A stretch of DNA of 46,741 bases, from the NCBI RefSeq assembly GCF_006345805.1, contig NW_021834603.1:1-46741 (forward strand), in the 5' to 3' direction. The notes beneath the pieces were generated by a model. It saw only the letters and a list, made by a program, of their open reading frames with translations, made no database searches and was not told the DNA's origin. Positions 11,360-24,870 of this stretch are shown piece after piece. A program made the position numbers and the translations under genes. The DNA is from Octopus sinensis. Lineage: Eukaryota. The number at the start of each line of letters is the position of its first letter. Within the stretch, counting starts at the first letter, position 1.

Positions 11360-11987
11360 CACACACACACTCACATAAGCAAAATTTTCGCGCTTCATAC
11401 ACGAAGAACAAATTCACCATAAACGTATTCAAGTAGCCATTATTTATACACATACCACACACACACATAAATATAAGCAAACGCACACACATACATACGC
11501 ACGTTGATGCACACATATACACTTGTATACAAACACACACGTACGTAAATACACACACACACACACACACACACATCCGTAGGCACACATACACACACAC
11601 GTGCCTGGAGAGAGTGTTTATATACATTTCAATCAAGCAGGCAGCCATCCAAGAGGAATCGTTTGTTGCAATTGAATAATGACAACAATGTGACAATGTT
11701 TTCCATTTCCTTGTCAAGAGAATTCGCACACCACACACACACACACACACCACACACACACACATGCACACACACACACACTGAGGTACAGATAAACACA
11801 CACACACACGCCTTTATATAATGTTGCGTGTGTGTGTGTGTGTGCGTATGTATGCCAGTATATACATAAACACATTACTAATACGCACAAATAAATATAC
11901 ATTTATGCACACACTTCACACAAACATACATATATACTTATGTGTGTATATATTAGTCTATATATATATATATGCATGTGCGTGAGT

Positions 11988-12021
<34 letters not shown>

Positions 12022-12360
12022 GACAGACTTACAAACGCATGCGTATGTGTATGCATATCTGCTTGTACATAATATATATGTGCGTGTGCAAGCGTGTGTA
12101 TACATATATATATATATATTTATACGAATATCTATCTATATACATGCGTATTTATACCTTTATACATACATACCTGTATGTATATATATATATATATATA
12201 TATATGTATCTATATAGGTTTGTATGTATACATAAGTATTTACACATACACATACACACACGCAAGAACGCACACACGCAAGCACGCACACATACACAAC
12301 ACACACACACACACACATGCAAGCACACACACAGACACACACACACACGTATGCATGTGT
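11280..12360. repeat. Extended (CA)n/(TA)n/(TG)n dinucleotide field
   Basis: Direct reading. Confidence 0.9.
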
Positions 12361-12915
12361 TTTGATTTCAAAACTTTAAATCAGAATCTGCCATATTCTG
12401 TTATATTTCAAGAACTGTCAACAAAATAGATACCAAAGTTTGCTTTTGAAAAGTTTAATAATATATCGTTGAGCTAATTAATTATGAACTGCCCCATATT
12501 CAGGGAAAAACAGCTTATTTCGTATTTGATATTGGAGACTTAGTAATCTGACCTATATGTTCTAAATTGGACCGACATTGTTTTTTTAAGACTATCAATA
12601 GACTTATAAGTCTTTGTAAGTTTTGGCAGAGGAGCAGCGATTTTGAGTGGTTGGTGGGTGAGTCAATTATATGGTCCCCAGTACTGGACTGCTATTATTC
12701 TATCGATCCCGAGAATATGAAATGCATAGTTGGCCGAAATCTGATAGGCGGAAACTGTGTGGAAGCCCGTCGTGTATGTATATATGCATATATATATAGT
12801 TAATCCCACCCCCACCCCCCAAAAAAACAAAGAAGAAACAAGAAAAAACAACAACAACGCGGAGACGTGGTACGTGAAAAGTATTAGCAGGCGCTCAGGG
12901 AAGGAAAGAAAGGTA

Positions 12916-12950
12916 GCTTTACGTTTCGAGCAAAGCTCTTCGTCAGAAAC
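12916..12950 (-). ncRNA. Minimal type-I hammerhead ribozyme, core intact, in a PLE-type terminal repeat (~12830-13000)
   Basis: GTTT-CTGACGA-A-GAGC-TTT-GCTC-GAAA-CG-TA-AAGC: full CUGANGA and GAAA, 4-bp stem II, palindromic ACGU helix III, GUA cleavage triplet, 4-bp stem I with one GU. Confidence 0.78.
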
Positions 12951-13008
12951 AGGAATCAGAGTAAAGTCCAAGACGAAGGAAAAAAATCGCCAACGATTCA
13001 CATGTAGT

Positions 13009-14434
<1,426 letters not shown>

Positions 14435-15069
14435 TTATGTATATGTATATATACACACACACATATATATATACATATATTTATGTAAAATAGCGTGAAA
14501 TTTTTAATTTTAATTTTAATGTATTAATTGACTCATATTTCGTATGTGATTATTAACCATACGTATCTGCAATCTGTCCTTCGATTTAAGGTTTTCTTCG
14601 GTTTTACAATATGATTAATTTATACTAAATTTATTTTATTCATTGCATGCTTAAGTTGAAAGGACCAATGAAGCAAAACCATTTTCAAAGGTGTATCCTT
14701 CAAACAAAATCTTATATATATATAGTTCTGTTCCATTCTAACAAAACTGTCCAATGAACGGGAACGTGAAACTCTGAGTAACAGTTTTTGTGATAGCTTT
14801 GCTGCTTTTAAATACATCTGGTATTTGAGTACTCTTTTTCCAATTTGTTTCACATTAATATTGATTTCAAGGAAACACTCGTCAATTACAACAGTGATTC
14901 TAATGCTCAGTTATTTCATTCTTAAGTTTGTGTCAGACATCGCAATCAAGGCCATGCTGCAGCACTGCGTTTGAGTCGCCTAAACATGTTATTATTACTA
15001 TGGAAACACCTTGTCATTCCAGACATCGTTAATGCATAAGTATATGCATATGCGTCCATTTCTATGTTC

Positions 15070-15105
15070 CTTTCTGCTGAAGAGCGTAGGCTCGAAACGT
15101 AAAAG
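15070..15105 (+). ncRNA. Minimal type-I hammerhead ribozyme with one core substitution, PLE-type repeat (~15055-15215)
   Basis: CTTT-CTGCTGA-A-GAGC-GTAG-GCTC-GAAA-CG-TA-AAAG; perfect stems I and II, A6>C. Confidence 0.72.
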
Positions 15106-15493
15106 ACTTTCTCTCTTCCAGAGCGTTACACTAATACATCTTTTGTTGTTTACACACCCGTCTTCGTCTTCGTCTTTTGTTTGTTTTTTTATTTTGTAAA
15201 TTCCAACTATATATATAAAACAATATTCAGTTGAATAAATACTATAAAGGTGACGCACGTAGTTAGGTCGGAATAAAATGCACACATAACAATTATAGAT
15301 GAATACCAACCTTGGTACAGAAATATTGGCAAAATAACATTCGGGTAATGTATGCAGTTCATTTGACCCAGCTGAGTATATAACCCGCTCTTGAGCTATT
15401 CAGACATGAACATTGTATCAAATATACGGTCTATAATAGACTCCGGAATACATGAGGGGCATTTTCCAAGAGGAGTGAATTAAAAATAAATAA

Positions 15494-15660
15494 GACGCAG
15501 GAGTGGCTGTGTGGTAAGTAGCTCGCTTACCAACCACATGGGTCCGGGTTCAGTCCCACTGCGTGGCACCTTCGGCAAGTGTCTTTTACTATAGCCACGG
15601 GCCGACCAAAACCTTGTGAGTGGATTTGGTAGACGGAAACTGAAAGAAGTCTGTCATATA
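15494..15660 (+). mobile_element. SINE family A head
   Basis: GGAGTGGCTGTGTGGTAAGTAGC...GGTTCAGTCCCACTGCGTGGCACC...GGATTTGGTAGACGGAAACTGAAAGAAG. Confidence 0.9.
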
Positions 15661-15719
15661 TATGTATATTTTACTAAAGAAACCAAAAAGCAATGTATTG
15701 GAGTTATAACGATCGATGG

Positions 15720-15720
<1 letters not shown>

Positions 15721-15806
<86 letters not shown>

Positions 15807-15808
15807 TT
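15721..15808. repeat. (TTA)n, forming the 3' tail or target of the adjacent LINE
   Basis: Direct reading. Confidence 0.95.
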
Positions 15809-16349
15809 ATATTTGACTTTTCCTTTGCATTTGTACAAGTTGGCTCTAAGTCTCACCCAGAGACCGCAAAAGACAACAAGCTAGAAGTTCAAGTTGGTGT
15901 TATGCCTAGGGTGTCATATATTTGGTGTTGTTGTATATAGTATTGTTCTAGAGAATGTTTAAGAAAACATAAGAAAATTATGAGTTTGTTTTAAAAATTG
16001 AGATTACATAGAAAGTATTTTGCGTAGGATACGGGAATTTCCCATGAGCACTATCTTTTGAATTTCTACCATTTTGGGGTTTCCTGGTATCTGAGCTAGG
16101 TAGCAATCAGCCCCTTTTGCTATCATTCCCAGGGCACCTATGACAACAGGTATTGTTTTAGTCTTCAGGTTCCACATTTTGCTGATTTCTATTTCCAGAT
16201 CTTTATACTTGCTCAGTTTTTGGTAGGTCTTGACAGATACGTTTATATCGATTGGGACAGTCATATCAATGAGGAGGCATGATTTTTGTCTGAAGTCTTT
16301 CAATATAATGTCTGGCCTATTCACATCTATCTTTCTGTCAGTTTGTTAG
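15809..16349 (-). mobile_element. 5'-truncated R4/Dong-like LINE: REL endonuclease C-terminus plus 3' UTR, inserted in (TTA)n
   Basis: ORF 16004-16324 (QTDRKIDV)NRPDIILKD...CLLIDMTVP...KLSKYKDLEIEI...IPVVIGALG is the PD..D-x-K REL signature; (TTA)n on both sides. Confidence 0.9.
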
Positions 16350-16384
16350 TTATTATTATTGTTGTTGTTGTTGTTGTTATCATT

Positions 16385-16830
16385 GTGAAGACACCAAATG
16401 GCAGAATCGTTCTGTCGCCAGGAAAATGCTTGGCGACATTCAGTCCGTCTGTACGTTCTGATTTCAAATTCCACCGAGGTCTGCTCTGTCTTTTATCCTT
16501 TCGGGGTCAATAAAATAAGTACCGTTCGAGCACTGGAGTCGACCTAATCGATTTCCTCCCTTTCCCGAACTTGTGGGCCTTGTGCCAAATTTTAAAACCA
16601 ATATCTTAAGATGGCGAACTGGAAGACTAGTTAGTGCGCAGGGAAAATGTTTAATGGCGTTTCGTCCGTCTTTACGTTCTGATTTCAAAATGCCGCCCAA
16701 GTCGACTTTGTCTTTCATCCTTTCGAGGTCGATAAAAGTAAGTACCAGTTAAGCACTGGAGACGATATAATCGACTTAACCCCTCCCTCACCCGAACTTT
16801 CGGGCTTTGTGCTAACATTTGAAACCAATA
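16385..16830 (+). mobile_element. Two diverged SINE B2 copies in tandem, followed by an A head fragment (~16855-16925, minus)
   Basis: GGCAGAATCGTT...TTCATCCTTTCGGGGTC...GGGCCTTGTGCC and a second unit from ~16612. Confidence 0.82.
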
Positions 16831-17290
16831 TTATGCAATGATGACAATTTAGATGTCTGTGGAACCGAACCAAAAATCACGTGGTTGGAGACCGACCTTC
16901 TTAACCACACAGCCACGACTGCGCGAAAGAAGTGAAAGAAAAATTAAAATAAATAATTAAAACGTCAAAACTAACATAAACATATCGCAGTAAATTTGAG
17001 AAGTGATTGGAAGAAACAGAGAAACGAAAATGAATTGGGTAACTCTTAAGCGGAAATATTGGGTTTAGATAATTTGATGAATTACATTTCGTGTATCTAT
17101 GTCCCCCACCACATAGAAACATGCTTTCTGAAATACGCTCTTGATATCAATAACAGCGCAACAACATTTCTTCCCTTTGATATCAACCAACTAAGACTTG
17201 TTGAGGGATCGTATTGCTTTCAGAAAAGCTTTCTACAAACAAGAATTTTTAATAGAACACACGCATGTCATCCTATGACTCTCTACTTAG

Positions 17291-17362
<72 letters not shown>

Positions 17363-17370
17363 CTATCTAA

Positions 17371-17432
<62 letters not shown>
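17291..17432. repeat. (ATCT)n
   Basis: Direct reading. Confidence 0.95.
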
Positions 17433-17433
<1 letters not shown>

Positions 17434-17535
17434 CATTTATATACACACATACATATAATATTCACATAAATGTATATATATATATGCATATATCTCTATC
17501 TGTCTCACTCTCTCTGTATATACACACATACATAC

Positions 17536-17567
<32 letters not shown>

Positions 17568-17657
17568 ATGTATGTATGCATATATCTATATCTAACTATC
17601 TCACTCTCTCTCTGTATATACATACATAGATACATACATAGATATATACATACATAC

Positions 17658-17692
<35 letters not shown>

Positions 17693-18422
17693 CATGGACC
17701 GGCTGTCGCGCTCAAACTGGTAACAAAAATAGGTATATACAAATGTAAGGATGTACATGTGCGTACATGTGCAGGCATGTATGTATACGCTTGTATGCGT
17801 GTATGTATGGATGGATGGATGGATGACCGTATTTATGTGCGTACTAATTGAATAGATGTTGCCTCTGGAGGTAATATAAAGCGTTTGAGGAGCAACATTT
17901 TAAAGATTATTGTTGATGACAGAGAAATGCACACCACCCACACATTCCAGTATTTTTCTGAGAATCTTTTATGAAGAATATCTATGTAAACCAACAGTTA
18001 TGATGTCGAACCGCAAAGTAAGGAGATGAAAAAGAATGTTAACATCAAGGCTTTTAAATATTTAATTTAATACCCCCACACATGCATGCTATCTTTTGTT
18101 TCACGTACAAGAGAAAGAATACTCAATACATGACCAAGAGTATATTTAGAAGTTAGTGATTCGCTCCGTCGCTACGCACAGTTTTCTATTTGATGCATTT
18201 TGCAGGCGAGGTCAAGTGAATGATGGAAAAATTCGTTGGTTTAATCATTATTTTCTTTATTATTTCAGAACATTTGGTGTTAGAGAAGATTATATATGGT
18301 ACATAAATTTACCAGAGTGAGAAGAAAGTTTTGCGGTGTATAATCTTCCATTGTAGATTTGTCCAATATATTTAATGGATAAAATTCAAATTGATCTAGG
18401 AGAAAAAAATCTTGCATGCACC

Positions 18423-18455
<33 letters not shown>

Positions 18456-18457
<2 letters not shown>

Positions 18458-18571
18458 GCCAACCAAGTGTGGCGTCCTATACGGGACATCGCTACAGGCG
18501 TTTATAGCCCCAGGAAGACCTATAAACGCCGGTAGCACTGTCTCGTATAGGACGACACATTTGGTTGGCAA
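18456..18571. repeat. Palindromic element: 52-bp arms, 12-nt loop (tiny MITE-like hairpin) in a TA context
   Basis: 18456-18507 vs reverse complement of 18520-18571: 46/52 identical. Confidence 0.9.
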
Positions 18572-18653
18572 ATATATGTTACGATTCAATATTGCTACAG
18601 TTTACATCTCGCTCAGAGATTTATTATACCTATATATATATATACGTACATAT

Positions 18654-18850
18654 AAGAGGGAATTTACCACTGTGGAAACCCTTATGCTAGAAGAAGTTCC
18701 GCTATGGTCTTACCACTAAGAATTGTTCTCTAGAAAATTTAGCAAACACCAGAAACGTAAGCGAGCAAGATAAATGAAAAGTAACAAAAATATAAATTAA
18801 TCATAAACAAATGTTTCACTATCAATAAATTATGAAATGTTACTTACATA
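18654..18850 (+). mobile_element. Dispersed repeat family G (unassigned, possibly PLE-derived)
   Basis: AAGAGGGAATTTACCAC...CTTATGCTAGAAGAAG...CCAGAAACGTAAGCGAGCAAGA; homologous copies at 19190-19397 and 24655-24857. Confidence 0.85.
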
Positions 18851-19071
18851 ATTTATTTGTAGACCTTCAGTATGATCCTCCATACAAATATAATTTGCAG
18901 AACTACACGCCAGACATTAACACGAGGTCGAAAATGCATGCAGTTCTACCTATTACACTTGCGGGTTTTTTTCAAATGTCTTCGTTTTGGCGCGCTAAAT
19001 TACCGGAAATAATACTGCATGAAATAATTCACTGCAGTAGCCTTTGCCGGTTTGAGAACGCATCAATCTAA

Positions 19072-19515
19072 AATTAAAATTAAAATGAGGGTGAAAAATT
19101 GGATATTAATTTGATAACATCAATTTTAACACCAGTGGTCTAGCATATAAAAAAAACTGAGGTTCAGTAAATAGTATTACATACATTTAAAAGGCAATTA
19201 CCACTATGTAGAAACCCTTATGCTAGAAGAAGACCCGCTATGGTTTATGATTAATCTATATTTTTGTTACTTTTCAATTGTCTTGCTCGCTTACGTTTCT
19301 GATGTTTGCCAAATTTTCTAGAGAACACTTCTTAGTGGTAAGACCATAGCGGATCTTCTTCAAGCATAAGGGTTTCCACATAGTGGTAAATCCCTTTTAA
19401 ATGTATGTAATACTATTTACTGAACCTCAGTTTTTTTTATATGCTAGACCACTGTTGTTAAAACTGATGTTATCAAATTAATATCCAATTTTTCACCCTC
19501 ATTTTAATTTTAATT
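19072..19515. repeat. Foldback inverted repeat of family G: 173-bp arms, 98-bp spacer
   Basis: 19072-19244 vs reverse complement of 19343-19515: 7 differences in 173 nt. Confidence 0.95.
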
Positions 19516-19536
19516 CATATATATATATTTATACAC

Positions 19537-19618
<82 letters not shown>

Positions 19619-19865
19619 GAGGGTGCTGAAAAGTACCTAGCTTTAAGGGTATCGCAAAAGGATTGGTTGGTGGCCCAACCTTCTGACTTTTTTTACAGGG
19701 CTTAGAAATACTGAAGGATCTCTGCAATAAGTGTATGAATTTGAGAGGGGAATATGTTGAATAAAATCTTAATTAACTGATCATCCTGTTTTTTCTTTTA
19801 CCCAAAGTCAGGAACCTTTTAGCACTCTCTCTTGTGTGTGGGTGTGTGTCTGTGCGCGTGCACAG

Positions 19866-19899
<34 letters not shown>

Positions 19900-19917
19900 A
19901 CACACACACACACACGC

Positions 19918-19951
<34 letters not shown>

Positions 19952-20659
19952 CGGGTTTCTAAGCAATTTTTGTGAACCAAATTCACCTGTGCAACTTTGG
20001 AAGACACTTGCCCAAGGTGCCGGGAAGTGGAATAGAACTCAAAGCCAAGCGGTTGCAAAGCAATTTACAAAACCGCATGAGTATATTTATAAAGAAAAAA
20101 AACATGTAGTATATTGACATTCTTAGAGAAAGGGGAGGGAGGACAAGACAGCTTTGAATGCAGCATTTTAGCCAACCAACACGTTAGGGGAAATGCATGG
20201 ACACCACTCCATCCCAGTTTTTCTCTTAAACATATGCATGACCTTCACCCTCAGAGTGAAAGAAAACAAAACAATACAAGCTGATATATATATTGTTTTT
20301 CTTTGACTCGAAGTCGACTAAGATGGCGCAAAGGCTTTCCAGCCATACCATCTCGTCTTTTTGTCTTGTCCGATGAGTCCTTCCGTATTTTAAAGAAAGT
20401 AGCACGTAGCCAGCTAGAAATAGTAGGCAGGTTGTGTAACTACCTGGAAGCTTTGTTATTCACTCAGGAACTTAAAATATATTATACACCTGCAAACAGT
20501 GAAGAGTAACAAGCACAGACCGATTGTGCAACATTCATTGGACTTGCGTTGCTATACTGTGTATCTGTTACGCAAGGGAATACATAGTCTTGTAATACAT
20601 AGGACCAAAGATTTTAGTTCGCATAATGCCTTACATATTGTAAACCCTTAAATTTCTAC

Positions 20660-21178
20660 GGCGAGCTGGCAGAATCGTTAGCACGCCGGGCGAAACGCGT
20701 AGCCGTATTTCGTCTGCCACTACGTTCTGAGTTCAAATTCCTCCGAGGTCGACTTTGCCTTTCATCCTTTCGGGGTCGATAAATTAAGTACCAGTTACGC
20801 ACTGGTGTCGATGTAATCGACTTAATCCGTTTGTCTGTCCTTGTTTGTCCACTATGTGTTTTAGCCCCTTGTGGTTAGTAAAGAAATAGGTATTTCGTCT
20901 GTCTTTACTTTCTGAATTCAAATTCCGCCGAAGTCGACTTTGCCTTTCATCCTTTCGAGGTCGATAAATTAAGTACCTGTTGCATACTGGCGTCGTTCTA
21001 ATCGACTGCCCCCCCCCCCCAAATTTCGGGCCTTGTGTTTAGAGTAGAAAAGAATTGTTAGCACGCCGGATAAAATGCTTAGCGGCATTTCTTGCGGCTA
21101 TTTATGTTCTGACTTCAAAATCCGCTGATATCAACTTTGCCTTTCATCGATAAAATAAAGTACCAGTCAAGTACTAGA
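20660..21178 (+). mobile_element. SINE B1 + truncated B2 + truncated B tandem
   Basis: Junction AAAGAAATAG|GTATTTCGTCTG at 20889/20890; third unit begins ~21057. Confidence 0.9.
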
Positions 21179-22046
21179 GGCCTCCACCCTTCAGAAATGC
21201 TGGCTTTGAAAGCTGCAACTGACCGATATCATGTTCCGGTGAAGATTGTGATCTCGGCATGGAAACCGGGTAACCACCCACATCAATCCTAGGGCTCTTG
21301 GAAAACAGAAAAGGAAAAACCAACAAGGGAGTAAGCCCATACGTGGTTTCTCGAATCGGTAGAAATAGCAGCTAAATCTCCCACAAATCACTCACTACAG
21401 TCTTACAAAAAGTCAGGGTTTGATAATGTACTTTGAGAGTAAACTGTTTCTGAAAATACTGGATTGTCACGGCTAGAATAATTTAGATCATAGATTTGAT
21501 CTATCAAAGGCGATTTCGGTGAAACAACAACGTTACCAGCAACAATGATATTTCTGCATCAGAGACATCAGACGAAAATGAACGTTGTAAGTAAACCTTT
21601 GCAATACAAAACTTCCATTTGTTGTATTGCCCATATTAACCTTCAATCAGGGAAACTAAACTAGAACCGAATTCACCTGTGTACAAATCCACGCGTGTAT
21701 AAGCGCTTACCAGGTTTTTTCCAGTTAAAATCAAGCATAAAATAGGACGATTTATACGGAGGAAATATAATTCAGTTAATTTTGCGAGCTTCGAAGCTCA
21801 CAAATGTTGAAACGCTCTTATTTTTAAGTCACCAAATCGGTAACCGTTGAAAATGCACATTCAAACCAGAATGGTGTTAGAAGGGACAAACGCACTCGCT
21901 AAGTCTCTGTAGATAATTGTTTGTGTTCGTAAGTGTTTGTGGGTTAATGTGTGTGTGTGTACGCACAGTTACATTTATATATACACACAAACATAATACA
22001 TACATATATATATATGTATACATAGATATATACGTTTATATATATA

Positions 22047-22211
22047 TTACTTTTGCTTTTACTTTTTTACTTTTACTTGTTTCAGTCATTTGACTGTGGC
22101 CATGCGGGAGCACCGCCTTTAGTCGAGCAAAACGACCCCAGGACTTATACTTTGTAAGCCTGGTAAACACACCAGCATCGTATGTCAAGCGATGTTGGGG
22201 GGACAAACATA

Positions 22212-22252
<41 letters not shown>

Positions 22253-22423
22253 CATATATACGATGGGTTTCTTTCAGTTTCCGTCTACCAAATCCACTCA
22301 CAAGGCTATGGTCGGCTCGAGGCTATAGTAGAAAACACTTGCCCAAGGTGCCACGCAGTGGGACTGAACCGGGAACCATGTGGTTGGTAAGCAAGCTACT
22401 TACCACACAGCCACTTCCACGCC

Positions 22424-22425
<2 letters not shown>
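22047..22425 (-). mobile_element. SINE family A, near full length, internal (CA)/(TA) tract
   Basis: Same head and tail as 4472-4882, with a deletion in the tail. Confidence 0.9.
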
Positions 22426-22459
<34 letters not shown>

Positions 22460-22984
22460 ATATATATATGCACACACATAAATATATATATGTATGTATG
22501 TATGTATGTACACATGCACTGTGCAAAGTGCATTCCTTTGTTGTTTGGACTTTTCTACTGAATGAAATTCCTCCACTCTTCTGCATACACAGCATTAGCC
22601 TAACCGTTAAACTCAAGGCATGCACTCACTAATGAACTTTCGCAATGCAATTGTAATGGAAACAGCAATTAAAAAAAAGTTCTCAGTACAACCGCACCGG
22701 GACAGAATGCAATGCAATGGCTACACTCTAACGTTTTATTTCTGTGTCTAAAGTAAAGCATATTTTCTGTTGTTAATTGTGATAAATGGCGGCGACTAGA
22801 CAATGTTAATGCGTTCTGGAGTCATTAAGAAAATGGAGCGCTTTATGAGCGTAATCTATTGTGATTAGGTACAAGGTTTCTATCTAAACACAATAGATCA
22901 GCTCATAAATCTTTTGTGAAAGGTCTTTGAATAAAAACGTATACAACTACGGGCATGTGAGTGTGTGATTGTATGTGTGCATAT

Positions 22985-23290
22985 CCATGAAGGTGCATAT
23001 CTCAGTGGTTAAAGCGTCGGGCTTACAATCGTGACGTTGTGAGTTCGATCACCGGACAGGGCTGTGTGTTGTGTTCTTGAGCGAGACACTTTATTTCACG
23101 TTGCTCTAGGTATTCAGCTGTAGGAATGAGTCGTGGCATCACTGGTGCCAAGCTGTATCGGTCTTTAGCTTTTCCCTTGGATAACATCAGTGGCGTGGAG
23201 AGGAGAGTCCGGTATGTATGGGCGACTACTGGTCTTTCACAAATAACCTTGTCAGGACTTGTACCCCGGAGGTGTAATCTCATGGTCATT
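22985..23290 (+). mobile_element. SINE family C variant
   Basis: CTCAGTGGTTAAAGCG...GAGTTCGATC...GTGTTCTTGAGCGAGACACTTTATTTCACGTTGCT. Confidence 0.75.
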
Positions 23291-23360
23291 CCTCACCGAA
23301 GGTCTTTATATACACATATGTTTTTTCTGGTATTTTTCTTTTAATTGTATTTTACTGCGG

Positions 23361-23810
23361 GGCGGCGAGCTGGCAGAAACGTTAGCACGTCGGGCGAAAT
23401 GCTTAGCAGTATTTCGTCTGCCGCTACGTTCTGAGTTCAAATTCCGCCGGGGTCGACTTTGCCTTTCATCCTTTCGGGGTCGATTAAATAAATAGCAGTT
23501 ACGAACTGGGGTCGATATAATCGACTTAATCCGTTTGTTTGACCTTATTTGTCCTCTCGCTGTTTAGCCACTTGTGGGTAGTAAAGAAATAGGTATTTCG
23601 TCTGCCGTTACGTTCTGAGTTCAAATTCCGCCGAGGTCGACTTTGCCTTTCATCCTTTCGGGGTCGATTAAATAAGTACCAGTTACGCACTGGGGTAGAT
23701 ATAATCGACTTAATCCGTTTGTCTGACCTTGTTTGTCCTCTCTCTGTTTAGCCCCTTGTGGGTAGTAAAGAAATAGGTATTTCGTCTGCCGTTACGTTCT
23801 GAGTTCAAAT
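23361..23810 (+). mobile_element. SINE B1 head-to-tail array: one full and two 5'-truncated units
   Basis: Identical junctions AAAGAAATAG|GTATTTCGTCTGCC at 23592/23593 and 23776/23777 (184-bp period). Confidence 0.93.
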
Positions 23811-24250
23811 CGATGAAAAACCGTGTAAAAAGCAAAATGCAAAAAATATAATGTAAAATTTAAATAATAATATAAACTTTGAATATCCAATGTGACTTTC
23901 ACAATGAAACTATGAAAGTTCAAATGTGTGTGTGTATGTGTGTGTGCGTGTGTCTGTATGTGCGCGCGCCTATGTTATAATTAAAATTAAAGTTTAGATA
24001 TGAAATTTTAAAGTGTAGCATCCAAAGCTTATTTTGGCTATGTCGCTAGTAGTGTCCCGGCAGAGCACGTTCACCATTGACGGCTACCAGATGTCGTTGG
24101 ATCTACGCTAGTAATTCCTCGGAGCGCATTGAGTATATTCTAAAGAATTGATACAGAAGACAGATGTACTGGAAACTTTATTTATTACAACGATCGTTTC
24201 GATATATTTCTGCACAGCTAGGGAGTAGTGCAGTATATATACATACACAC

Positions 24251-24324
<74 letters not shown>

Positions 24325-24339
24325 CACATATATATATAT

Positions 24340-24494
24340 ATACGACGAGCTTCTTTCAGTTTCCATCCACTAAATCCACTCACAAGGTTTTGGTCGGCCC
24401 GAGGCTATAGTAGAAGACACATGCCCAAGGTGCCACGCAGTGGGACTGAACCCGGAACCTTGTGGCTGGTAAGCAAGCTACTTACCACATAGCC

Positions 24495-24497
<3 letters not shown>
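24340..24497 (-). mobile_element. SINE family A head, followed by its (TG)n tract
   Basis: CTTTCAGTTTCC...CCACTCACAAGG...GTGCCACGCAGTGGGACTGAACCCGG. Confidence 0.9.
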
Positions 24498-24540
<43 letters not shown>

Positions 24541-24553
24541 ATTATATGTATGC

Positions 24554-24586
<33 letters not shown>

Positions 24587-24654
24587 TGTATGTATGTATG
24601 TATGCTTATTACATCTTCCAAAGAGGATCGCACTGACGATCAACAGATAAGTTG

Positions 24655-24857
24655 TGTAAGTAAAATTATGTAATTTATTATTTGTGAAACAATTATTTGT
24701 GATAAATCTATATTTTTGTTATTTTTCATTTGTCTTGCTCGCTTACGTTTCTGGTGTGCTAAAGTTTCTAGAGAACAATTTTTAATGGTTGAGACCATAG
24801 CGGATTTTCTTCTAGCATAAGGGCTTCCACATAGTGGTTAAAAAATTCCCTCTTATA
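24655..24857 (-). mobile_element. Dispersed repeat family G copy
   Basis: TCTTGCTCGCTTACGTTTCTGG...CCATAGCGG...CTAGCATAAGGG...AATTCCCTCTTA. Confidence 0.85.
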
Positions 24858-24870
24858 TTTATATATAATA

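Noticed and set aside
9901-12429. ORFs rich in YI/CV/HT repeats (also at 17265, 22192, 43841-44358, 46253)
   Set aside because: Translations of (TA)n, (TG)n, (CA)n, (ATCT)n and (TTTC)n
20290-20620. Unique segment with CCGATGAGTCC and a possible minus-strand exon (MAGKPLRHLSRLRVKEKQ)
   Set aside because: No GGAC/GAAA partner for an HHR; the best acceptor is followed by stops in all three frames and there is no convincing donor
23361-23810. Regularly spaced repeats as a CRISPR-like array
   Set aside because: Units are whole SINE bodies with no unique spacers, and the context is eukaryotic
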